Below, piece by piece: positions 30,345 through 42,553 of a stretch of 64,000 nucleotides of DNA. The DNA is from Candidatus Omnitrophota bacterium (GTDB lineage Bacteria > Omnitrophota > Gorgyraeia > Gygaellales > Profunditerraquicolaceae): contig JBDRLN010000061.1 in NCBI GenBank assembly GCA_043812955.1, forward strand, positions 7,231 through 71,230, given 5' to 3'. The notes below the pieces were generated by a model that ran no database searches, was not told where the DNA came from, and saw only the letters and a list, made by a program, of their open reading frames with translations. A program made the translations under genes and the position numbers. The stretch's first letter is position 1. Every line of letters starts with the position of its first letter.

Positions 30345-33300
30345 TTAATCCTTTTTGGTTTCTTTTGCGGCTACTTTCTCCTTAGTCTCTTTGGACAGCT
30401 TTACTACTTCTATATCTCTATGTATAGGATAGCCTGTGCCCGCAGGAATAAGATGGCCGACAATAATATTTTCTTTTAATCCGAAAAGTTCATCCCGTTT
30501 TCCGGAAGTTGCCGCGTCAGTAAGCATCCGGGTAGTCTCCTGAAAACTAGCGGCAGAAATAAAACTCTCAGTAGTTAATGAGGCCTTGGTTATGCCTAGC
30601 AATAGAGGAGTGGCCTGAGCAGGCTTTCCGCCTTTTTTAATAACCCTGGTATTTTCTTTCTGGAATCTCCACTTATCTACCTGCTGTAAAGCCAAAAACT
30701 CGGTATCGCCTGAATCTTCCACTCTAACCTTTTTCAACATCTGGCGAATGATCAATTCGATATGTTTATCATTTATATGCACGCCCTGGAGCCGGTAAAC
30801 CTCCTGGACTTCATTGACTAAATACTCCTGAAGAACCTTATCGCCGCAGACCCTTAAAATATCCTGTAAAACAACCGGTCCGTCTGTTAACTGCTGTCCG
30901 GCAGTAACCTTATCTCCCTTATAAACATCAGGGTGCTTGCCATGGGGAATAACATATTCTCTTTGCATTCCAGTGGGCGATTTAACCACGATAACCCGCT
31001 GGCCTTTCTTAGTCTCTCCAAATTCGACAAAACCGTCTATTTCACTGATAACCGCCGGATCCTTAGGCCTTCTGGCTTCAAACAATTCCGCGACCCTAGG
31101 CAAACCTCCGGTAATATCCCTGGTCTTTACGGTTAAACGGGGTATCTTAGCCAGAAGATCGCCGGCTTCAATGCCCTGGCCGTCCTTGACTAAGATGTGG
31201 GCGCCTATAGGAATTGGATAAATACCCATAACCTCTTTTTTATTGTCCAGGATAACGATCTGGGGATGATAATCTGCTTTATGCTCTACTACAACTTGTT
31301 CAATTGACTTAGTAACCGGATTAACTTCCTGGACCACCGATACATTTTCCTTTAGATCTTCGAATTTAACAATTCCCGATACTTCGGTAAGTATGGGCGC
31401 GGTATAAGGATCCCAGTGAACAAAAGAAATTCCTTTATTGATTTCTTCTGCGTCTTTAAAACCAATGAATGAGCCCTGAGGTATAAGATATCTTTCTAAT
31501 TCCCGGCCGTCTTTATCGTTAATACTGATTGAGCCGTTACGGTTTAAAACTACAAATTCTTTCTTTTTAGGAGCGGTTCTTAAGTTATGATATTTGATAA
31601 AACCTTTATTCCTGGAACCGATCAAAGATTGCTCAACACTGCGGGAGGCGGTGCCACCGATATGAAAAGTCCTTAAGGTCAGCTGGGTACCTGGCTCGCC
31701 AATGCTCTGGGCAGCTATTACGCCTACAGCCTCTCCTGGCTCAACCAACCTTCCAGTAGCTAAATTCCGTCCGTAGCACTTGATGCATACTCCCCGCTCA
31801 GATTCACAGGTGAGCACGCTGCGAATACGGATTTTCTCAATACCTAATTTATCGATCATATCCGCTTTTTCTTCAGTGATCTGATCGCCCTGTTCAACTA
31901 TAACTTCATCGGTAATAATATCCACTATATTATCCAGGGCTACCCTGCCGACAATACGGTCTTTTAAACTGACCACTAATTCATTGCCTTCGGTAATAGC
32001 CTGGACTGTAATCCCGTTTAAAGTGCCGCAATTATCTTCGGTAATAATTATCTCCTGACAAACATCAACCAGCCTGCGGGTTAGGTAACCAGCATCCGCG
32101 GTTTTAAGGGCTGTATCCGCCAGACCTTTTCTGGCGCCGTGAGTAGAGATAAAATATTCCAAAACCGTAAGCCCTTCCTTAAAATTCGCAGTAATCGGGT
32201 TTTCAATGATCTCACCTGACGGTTTAGCCATTAACCCTCTCATTCCGGCTAACTGCCTTACCTGCATCCGTGAGCCCCTGGCACCGCTATCAGCCATCAT
32301 AAATATAGGATTAAAAGGATCCATTTCTTTAAATAACATATCCGAAACCTTATCCGTCACATGGGTCCAGACATCAATAACCTTATTAAAACGCTCCCGG
32401 TCAGTAATAATGCCTTTGCGGTACTGGTCCTCGATCTTAGCGACGTCTACCCTGGCCTCTTTTAATACTTCTGGCTTAGCTTTAGGTATCACTAAATCAT
32501 CAATACCTATAGATATGCCTCCGATAGTGGCGATTTCAAAACCCAAATCCTTGATATCGTCAAGCAGCTGAATTGCCCTTTCGTGGCCGAACCGTTTATA
32601 ACATTCCGAAACTACTTCTCCTACGTTGCTCTTATTTAATTCCCGGTTTACAAAACCAAAATCCTCGGGTAGAATTTGATTAAATATAACCCTGCCTACA
32701 GTCGTATTTATGATCTGCCTTCCGGAATTAACTTTCTTCTCAGATAAGTCAAACACCGAATATACTCTCAATTTTATCTTAGTATTAAGCTCAACCTCTT
32801 TATCATTATTGGCCACGATAACTTCATCATTATTGGCAAATAGTTTATTTTCACCTTTTGCCCCCGGTTTTTCCTTAGATAGATAAGAAAGCCCTAAAAC
32901 AATATCCTGACTGGGCGTAACTACCGGCCGACCATGAGCAGGAGAAAAAACATTATTAACTGATAACATTAAAACTTTACATTCAGTCTGAGACTCTATA
33001 GACAAAGGCACATGTACCGCCATCTGGTCACCGTCAAAATCAGCGTTAAACCCGGCGCAGACTAAAGGATGGATCTTAATCGCTTTTCCTTCAATCAGAA
33101 CCGGCTGAAAGGCCTGCATACTTAAACGATGCAATGTTGGGGCGCGATTTAATAATACCGGGTGGTCTTTGATTACCTCATCCAGCATATCCCAGACCTC
33201 GATTTTTCCGTGACCGACCATCCTGCGGGCGCCCTTAATAGTATGAACAAAACCTTTTTCTTTTAATTTCTTAATGATAAACGGCTCAAATAATTCCAAG

Positions 33301-34388
33301 GCCATCTGCTTTGGCAGGCCGCATTCATGCAGTTTTAGCTCGGGGCCAACCACGATTACCGAACGGCCGGAATAATCAACCCGCTTTCCTAAGAGGTTCT
33401 GACGGAAACGACCCTGTTTTCCTTTAAGCATATCCGAAAGCGATTTTAAAGGACGGTTATTAGAGCCCACTACCGCCCGGCCATGCCTTCCGTTATCTAA
33501 AAGCGCGTCCACCGCCTCCTGCAGCATACGCTTCTCGTTGCGGACGATTATATCGGGCGCGTTAAGCTCAATTAATTTCTTTAAGCGGTTATTCCGGTTG
33601 ATTACCCTGCGGTATAGATCATTTAAATCAGAAGTAGCAAACCTTCCGCCCTCTAAAGGGACCAATGGCCTTAAATCCGGAGGGATAACCGGCAGGACAT
33701 CCAGGATCATCCATTCCGGTTTGTTAGTGGATTTACGAAAATCCTCAACGATCTTCAAATTCTTTAAAGACTTGCGGTTATTCAGGACTTCTTTGGATTT
33801 TTCCAAGTCCTTGCGTAGCTTCCTACAGGCAACATCAAGATCAACTTCTTTTAGCAGGTCCTGCACTGCTTCGGCTCCCATCTTAGCCTTGAATTTAGAG
33901 CCGTATTTATCAAATGCCTCCTGGTATTTATCTTCGCTAAGCAATTCTCTCTTCTTTAAAGGAGTAGTCCCAGGGTCAATAACCACATACTCTTCGTAAT
34001 ATATCACTTTTTCCAGTTCTCTTAAGTTTATATCCAATAGCGCGGAAAGCCTGCTGGGGACAACTTTAAAAAACCAGATATGCATTACCGCAGCGGCTAA
34101 CTCAATATGGCCCATCCGCTCTCTTCTTATTGAAGAATGATCTACTATAACACCGCAGCGGTCGCAGGTTATCCCTTTGAATTTTATTCCTTTATATTTA
34201 CCGCAGTTACATTCCCAGTCCCGAACAGGCCCAAAAATCTTCTCGCAGAAAAGGCCGTCCTTTTCCGGTTTTAAAGTACGGTAGTTTACGGTTTCCGCTT
34301 TCCGCACTTCTCCCTTAGACCAGGAACGGACAACTGCAGGCGAAGCTAATTTAATGGTTATACTGTCGAATGCTAGATTTTCGCGCAT
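30345..34388 (-). CDS. rpoC: RNA polymerase beta' subunit
   Basis: NADFDGD, Zn finger, [13 protein letters not shown]. Confidence 0.99.
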   Translation of the reverse strand: MRENLAFDSITIKLASPAVVRSWSKGEVRKAETVNYRTLKPEKDGLFCEKIFGPVRDWECNCGKYKGIKFKGITCDRCGVIVDHSSIRRERMGHIELAAAVMHIWFFKVVPSRLSALLDINLRELEKVIYYEEYVVIDPGTTPLKKRELLSEDKYQEAFDKYGSKFKAKMGAEAVQDLLKEVDLDVACRKLRKDLEKSKEVLNNRKSLKNLKIVEDFRKSTNKPEWMILDVLPVIPPDLRPLVPLEGGRFATSDLNDLYRRVINRNNRLKKLIELNAPDIIVRNEKRMLQEAVDALLDNGRHGRAVVGSNNRPLKSLSDMLKGKQGRFRQNLLGKRVDYSGRSVIVVGPELKLHECGLPKQMALELFEPFIIKKLKEKGFVHTIKGARRMVGHGKIEVWDMLDEVIKDHPVLLNRAPTLHRLSMQAFQPVLIEGKAIKIHPLVCAGFNADFDGDQMAVHVPLSIESQTECKVLMLSVNNVFSPAHGRPVVTPSQDIVLGLSYLSKEKPGAKGENKLFANNDEVIVANNDKEVELNTKIKLRVYSVFDLSEKKVNSGRQIINTTVGRVIFNQILPEDFGFVNRELNKSNVGEVVSECYKRFGHERAIQLLDDIKDLGFEIATIGGISIGIDDLVIPKAKPEVLKEARVDVAKIEDQYRKGIITDRERFNKVIDVWTHVTDKVSDMLFKEMDPFNPIFMMADSGARGSRMQVRQLAGMRGLMAKPSGEIIENPITANFKEGLTVLEYFISTHGARKGLADTALKTADAGYLTRRLVDVCQEIIITEDNCGTLNGITVQAITEGNELVVSLKDRIVGRVALDNIVDIITDEVIVEQGDQITEEKADMIDKLGIEKIRIRSVLTCESERGVCIKCYGRNLATGRLVEPGEAVGVIAAQSIGEPGTQLTLRTFHIGGTASRSVEQSLIGSRNKGFIKYHNLRTAPKKKEFVVLNRNGSISINDKDGRELERYLIPQGSFIGFKDAEEINKGISFVHWDPYTAPILTEVSGIVKFEDLKENVSVVQEVNPVTKSIEQVVVEHKADYHPQIVILDNKKEVMGIYPIPIGAHILVKDGQGIEAGDLLAKIPRLTVKTRDITGGLPRVAELFEARRPKDPAVISEIDGFVEFGETKKGQRVIVVKSPTGMQREYVIPHGKHPDVYKGDKVTAGQQLTDGPVVLQDILRVCGDKVLQEYLVNEVQEVYRLQGVHINDKHIELIIRQMLKKVRVEDSGDTEFLALQQVDKWRFQKENTRVIKKGGKPAQATPLLLGITKASLTTESFISAASFQETTRMLTDAATSGKRDELFGLKENIIVGHLIPAGTGYPIHRDIEVVKLSKETKEKVAAKETKKD

Positions 34389-37300
34389 TATTTGGCTGCT
34401 TTCTCTAAACGGACATCTAATCCCAAACCCTGTAATTCTTTAACTAAAACATTAAAAGATTCAGGCGTGCCGTGAGTTAAATGCTGCTCTCCTTTAACAA
34501 TAGCCTCGTAAATCTTAGTCCTTCCGTTTACGTCATCGCTTTTTACCGTAAGCATCTCCTGCAAGGTAAATGCCGCGCCGTAAGCTTCCAAGGCCCAAAC
34601 TTCCATTTCTCCCAACCTCTGCCCGCCAAACTGGGCCTTGCCGCCTAAAGGCTGCTGGGTTACCAAAGAATACGGCCCTATAGAACGGGCATGTATTTTT
34701 TCATCAACCAAGTGGATCAATTTCATCATATAGATATAACCAACGGTGATCCTCTGGCTAAAAGGCTCCCCCGTATAGCCGTCGAAAAGCGTTGTTTTTC
34801 CGTCTTCAGGAAGACCGGCTTTACTCAACATCTCTTTAACTTCTATTTCTTTAGCTCCGTCAAATACCGGAGTCATAATACTGATCCCTAAAGCCTTGGC
34901 AGCCCAACCTAAATGAGTCTCTAAAATCTGGCCTACATTCATACGTGAAGGCACGCCTAAGGGATTTAAGATCATTTCTACAGGGGTCCCATCAGGCAGA
35001 TAGGGCATACTGTCTTCGGGTAATATCTTGGCTACCACACCCTTGTTTCCGTGACGGCCGGATAATTTATCTCCTACAGCGAGTTTTCTTTTAGTCGCAA
35101 CATAGGCTACAACCCTTTTTAACACTCCCGGGGGCAATTCATCTCCGCGTCTTACCTTATCAATCTCCTGCTGCTGCTCGCTGATTAACTCGCGGATCTG
35201 CTCATCATAAGAATTGGAAACTATTTTTGCTTCTTCATTATCGCTGTCTTCAAAATCTATCTTCTCTGCCTTAGCTTTATCAATGCCTAAAAGATGAGCT
35301 AAACGACTGATCTTCTCGACCTGTAAAAATTCTATCTCCTGTTTATAATAAGCCTTCAGTTCCCGGACCTTGACCAATTCCTTGTTTTTTTCTTCTTTGG
35401 ATTTCCTGCCCCGGTCTTTACGCTGGAATACATGCACATCTACTACTACGCCTTCCACTCCCGGAGGGACTATTAATGAAGTATCCCGGACATCTGAAGC
35501 CTTCTCTCCGAATATAGCCCTGAGCAACCTTTCTTCCGGAGATAATTCGGATTCAGTCTTGGGAGTTACTTTACCTACCAGTATATCTCCAGGCCCTACT
35601 TCCGCTCCGATACGAACTATCCCGTTCTGGTCTAAGTTATTTAAAGAATCCTCACTGACATTAGGAATATCCCGGGTTATCTCTTCATTACCCAGCCGGG
35701 TCTCAATAGCCTCGATCTCAAATTCTTTGACATGAATGGAGGTGAATACATCTTCCTTTACCAATTTCTCGCTAATAACAATAGCATCTTCGAAATTAAA
35801 ACCTCTCCAGGGCATAAAAGCCACAAAAACATTTTTACCTAAAGCCAGTTCGGCGTTTTTGGTACACATACCGTCAGCAATAACCTGGCCCTTTTCCACG
35901 TGTTCGCCCAGTTTAACTATCGGCCTTTGATTTAAACAGGTATCGGCATTGGTGCGCAAGAATTTCGATAACAGATAGGTTCTCTTGCCTACTGTTATCG
36001 CGGCGGCGTCAACTCTAGTAACTTTACCTGATTCCTCGGCAATAACTACAGTGCCTGAATCATAAGCCACCTTTTCTTCCATGCCTGTACCCACAACTGG
36101 AGACTCATTGATCATCAGGGGTACGCCCTGTCTCTGCATGTTTGATCCCATGAGGGCCCGGTTAGCATCATCATGCTCCAAAAAAGGAATTAATGAAGCC
36201 GCAACTGAAACCAGTTGTTTTGGGGAAACATCCATATATTCAACCTGTTTAGGGCTAACTTTGGGAAAATCGCCTTTAAAACGGCAGGATATCTCTTTTT
36301 CAATAAAATAACCCTCGCCATCCAAAGGCACATTAGCCTGGGCAATTATCTTTACTTCCTCAATATCGGCAGTTAGATATTCGATCTTTCTAGTAACCCG
36401 ACCTTCTTCGGTTTTACGATAAGGCGTCTCTAATAAACCTAATGCATTAACCCGGGCATAAGTACTTAAAGAAGCAATCAAGCCGATATTAGGGCCTTCA
36501 GGGGTTTCTATAGGGCAAACCCTTCCGTAATGCGAAGGATGGATATCTCTTACTTCAAAACCAGCCCGTTCGCGGGATAATCCACCGGGGCCTAAAGCGC
36601 TTAACCTGCGTTTATGAGTAATTTCAGCTAACGGATTAACCTGATCCATAAATTGCGACAACTGACTGCGGCCAAAAAAATCATGAAGCTGAGTAGAGAA
36701 TAGCTTGGAATTTATTAGGGTATGCACGTTTAAAGCGTTTAAGTCGCTTAATACGCCGATCTTTTCTCTTATTGAACGCTCTATCCTGCTCATTCCTATC
36801 CTTACCTGATTCTGAACTAATTCACCCACAGTTTTAATCCTACGGTTGCCTAAATGGTCAATATCATCTATCTTTCCAACGCCTTCTTTAAGCTTAATTA
36901 GGTATTCAATAACCCTAATCACGGTAGCAGAATCTAAAATCCGCTTATCCAAAGAAACTTCCATACCCAGTTTACGATTAAGCACAAACCTGCCTGCCCT
37001 TTCCAGATCATAACGGTTAGGATCAAAGAACAAGCGATAAAATAAGCCTTCAGCTGCTTCCTTAGTAACCGGATCAGTCGGCCGCATTTTGCGGTAAAAA
37101 TCTAAATAGGCCTCCTCTTTATTTTTGGTATAATCTTTTTTCAGGGTATTTCGGATTTCGGGGTAATCTTTGGAAAACGCCGATATGATTTCATTATCGG
37201 TAGAATAACCTAATATCCTTAAGATCTGGGTTGCGGGAAAATTCCTACGCCTGTCTACATAAGCTAATATTGTTTCCGAAAGATCATATTTAAACTCCAG

Positions 37301-37804
37301 CCAGGCGCCGCGATAGGGTATGATCCTGCCTTGGTAAACGCTTTTTCCTGTAGGGTGCTCTTCTTCTTCAAACGAAACTCCGGGCGAACGCTGCAATTGA
37401 CTTACTACCACTCGTTCGTCTCCATTAATAATAAAACTTCCAGTATCAGTCATAAGGGGGAGCTCCCCGAAATAAGCATCCTGTTCTTTAATCTCCTGTG
37501 GAGTAGTTAAGCGGAATTTTACTTTAAGCGGAGCGGCATAGGTAAGTGATCGTTTCTTACATTCTCCGACAATATATTTAGGTTTGCCCAGAGTATAATT
37601 GACGAATTCCAAACGGACAGTCCGGTCAACATTCTCAATCGGAAAGGTATCTTCAAAAACCTCCTGCAACCCCTGGGATTTTAAATCCTTGGGCGTTGCA
37701 TTTACCTGAAGAAATTCCCGATAAGATTCAGTCTGGATGTCCAGAAAATTAGGTAGTTCGTATACCTCTTTAAATTTCGCGAAATTTTTACGCTTATTAG
37801 CCAT
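34388..37804 (-). CDS. rpoB: RNA polymerase beta subunit (compact, 1138 aa)
   Basis: [32 protein letters not shown]. Confidence 0.99.
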   Translation of the reverse strand: MANKRKNFAKFKEVYELPNFLDIQTESYREFLQVNATPKDLKSQGLQEVFEDTFPIENVDRTVRLEFVNYTLGKPKYIVGECKKRSLTYAAPLKVKFRLTTPQEIKEQDAYFGELPLMTDTGSFIINGDERVVVSQLQRSPGVSFEEEEHPTGKSVYQGRIIPYRGAWLEFKYDLSETILAYVDRRRNFPATQILRILGYSTDNEIISAFSKDYPEIRNTLKKDYTKNKEEAYLDFYRKMRPTDPVTKEAAEGLFYRLFFDPNRYDLERAGRFVLNRKLGMEVSLDKRILDSATVIRVIEYLIKLKEGVGKIDDIDHLGNRRIKTVGELVQNQVRIGMSRIERSIREKIGVLSDLNALNVHTLINSKLFSTQLHDFFGRSQLSQFMDQVNPLAEITHKRRLSALGPGGLSRERAGFEVRDIHPSHYGRVCPIETPEGPNIGLIASLSTYARVNALGLLETPYRKTEEGRVTRKIEYLTADIEEVKIIAQANVPLDGEGYFIEKEISCRFKGDFPKVSPKQVEYMDVSPKQLVSVAASLIPFLEHDDANRALMGSNMQRQGVPLMINESPVVGTGMEEKVAYDSGTVVIAEESGKVTRVDAAAITVGKRTYLLSKFLRTNADTCLNQRPIVKLGEHVEKGQVIADGMCTKNAELALGKNVFVAFMPWRGFNFEDAIVISEKLVKEDVFTSIHVKEFEIEAIETRLGNEEITRDIPNVSEDSLNNLDQNGIVRIGAEVGPGDILVGKVTPKTESELSPEERLLRAIFGEKASDVRDTSLIVPPGVEGVVVDVHVFQRKDRGRKSKEEKNKELVKVRELKAYYKQEIEFLQVEKISRLAHLLGIDKAKAEKIDFEDSDNEEAKIVSNSYDEQIRELISEQQQEIDKVRRGDELPPGVLKRVVAYVATKRKLAVGDKLSGRHGNKGVVAKILPEDSMPYLPDGTPVEMILNPLGVPSRMNVGQILETHLGWAAKALGISIMTPVFDGAKEIEVKEMLSKAGLPEDGKTTLFDGYTGEPFSQRITVGYIYMMKLIHLVDEKIHARSIGPYSLVTQQPLGGKAQFGGQRLGEMEVWALEAYGAAFTLQEMLTVKSDDVNGRTKIYEAIVKGEQHLTHGTPESFNVLVKELQGLGLDVRLEKAAK

Positions 37805-37835
37805 TTTCTATACTATTATATAGGTAAGGAATCTG

Positions 37836-38225
37836 TTATTTTAATTCTACGGTCGCGCCCGCAGCTTCCAACTTCTTCTTCATATCTTCAGCTTCTTCTT
37901 TGGTAACGCCATCTTTAACCGGCTTCGGGGCAGCATCAACTAAGTCTTTAGCTTCCTTTAATCCTAAACTGGTCATCGCCCTCACCTCTTTAATAACGGC
38001 GATCTTACTTGCGCCAGCGCTGGTCAAGACTACTGTAAATGCAGTTTTTTCTTCCGCAGCTGGAGCTGCTCCACCTGCTGATCCTTGAGCACCTGCCATA
38101 GGAGCTGCCATCATCGGCATATTAGCACAAACCCCAAACTTTTCTTCCAGGGCCTTGACCAAATCTGCCAATTCCAGGACTGTCATCTCTTCGATTGATT
38201 TAATTAATTCCTCTTGCTTTGCCAT
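37836..38225 (-). CDS. rplL: 50S ribosomal protein L7/L12
   Basis: [19 protein letters not shown]. Confidence 0.98.
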   Translation of the reverse strand: MAKQEELIKSIEEMTVLELADLVKALEEKFGVCANMPMMAAPMAGAQGSAGGAAPAAEEKTAFTVVLTSAGASKIAVIKEVRAMTSLGLKEAKDLVDAAPKPVKDGVTKEEAEDMKKKLEAAGATVELK

Positions 38226-38244
38226 CTTTACTCCTCCTTATTTA

Positions 38245-38323
38245 CGGTTAGCGGTGTTCGGTTTACGGTTATCGGTGTTCGGTCTAATCGCTCACCCGAT
38301 ACCCGCTAACCTAAAACCTACTA
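38245..38323. repeat. Inverted heptamer array, CGGTT family
   Basis: CGGTTAG CGGTGTT CGGTTTA CGGTTAT CGGTGTT facing CCGATAC CCGCTAA CCTAAAA. Confidence 0.85.
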
Positions 38324-38854
38324 ATTATTTTTCTCTTTTTTTTGCTTTATCTGGTCCAGGCAACAGACCAATTTTCTTAAATTCCCATTCAAGACCATGA
38401 CTAATTTTACAATCGGCGCATTTAAAGTCATTACCACCATAGCCCTTAAGACGTTCTTACCCGGAAGTTTAGCCATGGCTTCAATATCTTTTTTTTCCAG
38501 AACCTTATCCTTTAAATACCCGCCTGCTAAAAGCAAATTTTCATAATCCTTAGCAAAATTACACAAAAGTTTAGATACGTTTACCGGCTCATCTTTAATA
38601 AACACCAGGCCGCAGGGCCCTTCTATAAGTTTAATTAAGCTATCCAGTGATTTTTCCTTTAAGGTTCTCTGGGCCACCTTATTCCTGACCACAAAACAAG
38701 ACGCGTTTTCTACTTTTAACGCCTGCCTCAAAGAAGACAAATCGAGCGAGGAGAGCCCGGAATATTTAATCACAAAAAAACTCTCCGAACTTTCCAGGGC
38801 CTTCTTAATACGGTTTGAGGATACTTCTTTAAATATAACCCCTAACTTTTTCAT
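38321..38854 (-). CDS. rplJ: 50S ribosomal protein L10
   Basis: YSGL..LR..VVRN..GP..AKLP; between rplA and rplL. Confidence 0.93.
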   Translation of the reverse strand: MKKLGVIFKEVSSNRIKKALESSESFFVIKYSGLSSLDLSSLRQALKVENASCFVVRNKVAQRTLKEKSLDSLIKLIEGPCGLVFIKDEPVNVSKLLCNFAKDYENLLLAGGYLKDKVLEKKDIEAMAKLPGKNVLRAMVVMTLNAPIVKLVMVLNGNLRKLVCCLDQIKQKKEKNN

Positions 38855-38856
38855 AA

Positions 38857-39537
38857 TTATATTCCCAATTTAAATCCGGGATTCATGGTTGAGGAAATCG
38901 ATAGCCCTTCGACAAATTTACCTTTTATAGTTGATGGCTTAGCCTCATTGACAGCCGATATTACACAGGAGGCGTTCTCAAATATTTTATCTTCGGAAAA
39001 AGAAACTTTGCCCACTGAAAGATGAATCCCTCCTTGTTTATCCACCCTAAACTCAACTTTCCCTTTTTTTACATCACTGATGGCCTTGACAATATCATTA
39101 GTAACTGTCCCGGTTTTAGGCGATGGCATAAGCCCGCGGGGGCCTAAGACTTTGCCTAATTTACTCAAATCTTTCATCATATCCGGAGTAGCGATAACAC
39201 AATCAAAATCTAAAAATCCTCCAGCAACTTTATCAATTAATTCATTAGAACCTACCAGATCAGCATTGGCTTCCCTGGCCAGCTTTTCAAACTCACCCTT
39301 ACAGAAAACAGCGACCCGGACTTGCTTTCCAGTGCCATGAGGAAGCAGAACAGTGCCCCTGACCATCTGTTCTGATTTTTTGGGATCAATATTAAGCGAA
39401 AAATGCACATCTACTGAAGCGTCAAATTTTGGCGTTGCTACCTTTTTTATACAGGCAATAGCCTCCTTAAGAGAATATACTTGATTTTTATCCACCAATT
39501 TTTGGGATTCTTTAAACCTCTTGCTGCGGGCTTTCAT
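38857..39537 (-). CDS. rplA: 50S ribosomal protein L1
   Basis: LPHGTGK, LGPRGLMPSPKTGTV. Confidence 0.98.
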   Translation of the reverse strand: MKARSKRFKESQKLVDKNQVYSLKEAIACIKKVATPKFDASVDVHFSLNIDPKKSEQMVRGTVLLPHGTGKQVRVAVFCKGEFEKLAREANADLVGSNELIDKVAGGFLDFDCVIATPDMMKDLSKLGKVLGPRGLMPSPKTGTVTNDIVKAISDVKKGKVEFRVDKQGGIHLSVGKVSFSEDKIFENASCVISAVNEAKPSTIKGKFVEGLSISSTMNPGFKLGI

Positions 39538-39542
39538 AATAG

Positions 39543-39968
39543 TTATCCTTCAACACTTAAGCCCATACTGCGGGCAGTTCCTTTTACAGTCTTTATCGCC
39601 TCATCCAAATCCGAAGTATTTAGATCTTTCATCTTAAGTTTAGCTATTTCTTCCACCTGTTTTAAGGTTACCTTGCCGATCACTTCTTTACCGGCAATCC
39701 CTGAAGCCTTAGCCAGGTTTGCTGAACGCTTTAAAAGCACTGATGAAGGAGGGCTCTTTATAATAAAGGTAAAGGTCCTATCCTCATAAACACTGATCAC
39801 TACAGGCAGGATTAGTCCATCTCTGCCTTTAGTCTGATCATTAAACTGTTTACAGAATTGCATAATATTAACGCCGTGCTGGCCTAAAGCCGGACCTACC
39901 GGAGGAGCGGGATTAGCCTGGGCTGCCGGAACATACAATTTAATCTGAGCGTTAATCTTCTTGGCCAT
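39543..39968 (-). CDS. rplK: 50S ribosomal protein L11
   Basis: [19 protein letters not shown]; ATG overlaps nusG stop. Confidence 0.98.
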   Translation of the reverse strand: MAKKINAQIKLYVPAAQANPAPPVGPALGQHGVNIMQFCKQFNDQTKGRDGLILPVVISVYEDRTFTFIIKSPPSSVLLKRSANLAKASGIAGKEVIGKVTLKQVEEIAKLKMKDLNTSDLDEAIKTVKGTARSMGLSVEG

Positions 39969-40495
39969 TATATCTTCTCCACCTGCCAATACTCCAATTC
40001 AACCGGAGTTGACCTGCCGAAAATGGAAATACTGACCTTCAATTTCCCCTTTTCAGGGTGGATCTCCTCAATACAGCCGTTAAAATTCATAAACGGACCT
40101 TCCTTGACCCTAACCTGTTCGCCTTTTTCAAAAATTATTCGCGGGGACGGTTTAACCTTAGTCTCTTCTGTTCGTTTTAAAATATTCTCAACTTCTCTGG
40201 GGGGTAAAGGAGTGGGTTTTCGGCCTGAACCAATAAAACCAGTAACTCCGGGAATGCTCTTAATGAAAGAATAAGTCTTATCATCCATTTCCATTTCTAC
40301 CATGACATAACCCGGAAAAAACCTTCTCTCGGAAACTCGGCGCTTTCCAGATCTTACCTCGGATATTTGTTCGGTAGGAATGACTATCTTGGAGATTGAT
40401 TCCTGAAAGCTATTGGAGGCGATCTTTTTCTCCAATACTGTTTTCACTCTATCCTCTAAACCGGTCTGGGTATGAACAACGTACCAATTTTTCAT
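39968..40495 (-). CDS. nusG: Transcription termination/antitermination factor NusG
   Basis: [26 protein letters not shown]. Confidence 0.98.
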   Translation of the reverse strand: MKNWYVVHTQTGLEDRVKTVLEKKIASNSFQESISKIVIPTEQISEVRSGKRRVSERRFFPGYVMVEMEMDDKTYSFIKSIPGVTGFIGSGRKPTPLPPREVENILKRTEETKVKPSPRIIFEKGEQVRVKEGPFMNFNGCIEEIHPEKGKLKVSISIFGRSTPVELEYWQVEKI

Positions 40496-40686
40496 TTTAA
40501 AATTAAACTTAATCCTTTTGAAAGTAGGACATCAACTATTCCGATAAATATTCCCATTATGGCCGTTATGACTATGACTACTATGGTCGCCCCGATCAAT
40601 TCCTCCCGGGTTGACCAGGCAACCTTGGATAACTCCGCTTTAGCTTCTTTTATAAAATTAATCGGTTTATTAATTATCGCGATCAT
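40492..40686 (-). CDS. secE: Preprotein translocase SecE
   Basis: ELSKVAWS plus one TM helix; between tRNA-Trp and nusG. Confidence 0.93.
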   Translation of the reverse strand: MIAIINKPINFIKEAKAELSKVAWSTREELIGATIVVIVITAIMGIFIGIVDVLLSKGLSLILK

Positions 40687-40714
40687 TTTTCCTTTATTTC
40701 CCGGCTATAATTTC

Positions 40715-40785
40715 CAGGAGCGGCAGGAGTCGAACCTGCAGTTACGGTTTTGGAGACCGTTGGTTTGCCATTAACCGACGCTCCT
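40715..40785 (-). tRNA. tRNA-Trp(CCA), 3' CCA not encoded
   Basis: AGGAGCG acceptor stem, ACGGT-CTCCAAA-ACCGT anticodon arm, GGTTCGACTCC T-loop. Confidence 0.96.
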
Positions 40786-40805
40786 ATTTACCCGTTTAAA
40801 ATACG

Positions 40806-40955
40806 TTACTTTATCTCCTTGTGCATTGTATGCTTACGGCAACACTTGCAGTATTTCTTGATTTCCAGTTTTTCCTGGTGTTTCTTCTTATTTTTAGTCG
40901 TGGTGTAATTTCTGTTTTTGCAGACCGTACACTCTAAAGTAATAATCTCACGCAT
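40806..40955 (-). CDS. rpmG: 50S ribosomal protein L33, Zn type (absent from ORF track)
   Basis: [49 protein letters not shown]. Confidence 0.97.
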   Translation of the reverse strand: MREIITLECTVCKNRNYTTTKNKKKHQEKLEIKKYCKCCRKHTMHKEIK

Positions 40956-40992
40956 ATTTATTTTCTTCAGTAAACTTCTCTAGAGATCGCTA

Positions 40993-41065
40993 AGCTGGAG
41001 ACGGGAATTGAACCCGTGACCCCGTCCTTACCAAGGACGTGCTCTACCAACTGAGCTACTCCAGC
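40993..41065 (-). tRNA. tRNA-Thr(GGT), 3' CCA not encoded
   Basis: GCTGGAG acceptor stem, GTCC-TTGGTAA-GGAC anticodon arm, GGTTCAATTCC T-loop. Confidence 0.96.
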
Positions 41066-41211
41066 ATTATGCTGCACGTAGCCTGAAATAAAAAAAAACC
41101 TCTTCAAGAATTTTAAAAAAATTCTCTTTATATTTACGCCTAGGAATAGCCTGTAGTAAATTGTTTCGCCGACTGTTTGGAAAGGCTACCTATGTTTCAC
41201 GTAGACTAAAG

Positions 41212-41240
41212 AATATACACTATAAATTTAATTTTGTCAA
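41212..41240 (-). promoter_or_regulatory. Sigma70-type promoter of tRNA-Thr/ribosomal superoperon
   Basis: TTGACA-17 nt-TATATT; 20-bp palindrome CCCTTTTTTTAAAAAAAGGG directly upstream. Confidence 0.75.
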
Positions 41241-41366
41241 CCCTTTTTTTAAAAAAAGGGCCTGGTTTCAACCTGCCAAACTCAAAGCCTCTTTCTGGGA
41301 CTTAAACTAAAGCTGATTCTTTTTCGTTCTGGACTTTTATCTGGCAGGCCTGCTTATTTAGCTGGC

Positions 41367-42521
41367 TTAATTTTTTCTCTTATTTAAAACCTTAAGCTGT
41401 GTAAATTGAGAGGTCAAATCTTCAAGCTGTTTAAGCAAGCGACTATTATCTTCTTTTATCCGCAGCGATTCCTGTTTTAACTGAGCTATCTCCTGGTCTT
41501 TCAAGAACCTGACAACGCTCAACTCTTCATCTTTTTGATGGTTATAATCTGATAATTGAGCATGTAACTGGACTAACTGGCCGTCTAATAACGTTAATTC
41601 ATCTTCCTTCTGGACCTTAATCGCTTCAATATCTGTATCTTTCTGGGCCTTTAATTCCTTAAACTGAAAAATTAATTCATCTAGCTGTTTCTTTAGCCGG
41701 ACGTTTTCTTCCAAGTCCGAAGCCCTGGACGCCTCAAGCTGGGATGCCTTCTGGGCATCTGCCCGCTTACTCTTTTCAGCCAATAAAGCGTTCTTAAATT
41801 CTAATTCCATAGAAATTTTATTCCTGGCATCCTCGAAAACAGCCAAATCTTTAAGCGCCTGCTGAAGATTGCTATTTAATTCCCTGCCCTGTTTATCCAG
41901 TTCGTCCACTTGAATGATCAGCTTCTGCCTATCCTGATCTGACTGGGATAATTCCTGACTCAATTGTTTTAGTTTCTGGTCGCTTTGAGCAGTTAGGCCC
42001 TGATACCTATCAGTTAATTCGTTCTGCTGCTTTCTGAGTTTGTTTAACTCTTCGCGCTGTTGATCAAGTTGCTTTTGGCTTTCCTGAAGCTGATTGGTAA
42101 AATTATTAGCCTGGTAGGTTTTACCCTGCCCACCTCTAGCATTAGCTAATTGCTCGGAAAGCGCGGCATATTCTTTTTGCAGATTCTTACGCTCTTCTTC
42201 AACCGCCTGTTTATCCTGTTCCAGGGCCAGCCTTAGAGCATGAAGATTTTTTAATTGAGAAAACAACTGCCTCTGCTGATCTTCTAAGGATTCCTGCCCC
42301 CCGATCAACTGACGATTCAATTCCTGCGAAGTCAGCAGGTCTTTTTCTAACTGATTAATTTTAGCCTGAGGGTCATTCTGCTTAGAAGCCTGGCCAGCGA
42401 GTTCAGGCTGAGAAAAAGCCTGCCTGCCGGCAGGCAGGCTAACCTGCTGAAATAATAAACCTATATAAATAAACAACCGGATAAAAATCGGTATGAATAA
42501 ATTGTTTCTTTTTTTATTCAT
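41367..42521 (-). CDS. Hypothetical exported coiled-coil protein, possibly 3'-frameshifted
   Basis: Hydrophobic N-terminus, Q/E/K/L heptads, internal repeats. Confidence 0.7.
   Translation of the reverse strand: MNKKRNNLFIPIFIRLFIYIGLLFQQVSLPAGRQAFSQPELAGQASKQNDPQAKINQLEKDLLTSQELNRQLIGGQESLEDQQRQLFSQLKNLHALRLALEQDKQAVEEERKNLQKEYAALSEQLANARGGQGKTYQANNFTNQLQESQKQLDQQREELNKLRKQQNELTDRYQGLTAQSDQKLKQLSQELSQSDQDRQKLIIQVDELDKQGRELNSNLQQALKDLAVFEDARNKISMELEFKNALLAEKSKRADAQKASQLEASRASDLEENVRLKKQLDELIFQFKELKAQKDTDIEAIKVQKEDELTLLDGQLVQLHAQLSDYNHQKDEELSVVRFLKDQEIAQLKQESLRIKEDNSRLLKQLEDLTSQFTQLKVLNKRKN
42417..42440. repeat. 24-bp perfect palindrome inside CDS
   Basis: AGCCTGCCTGCC|GGCAGGCAGGCT encoding SLPAGRQA. 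Confidence 0.85.
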
Positions 42522-42553
42522 GAATACTCCATTTTTTTAAAAAACTTGCAAAT

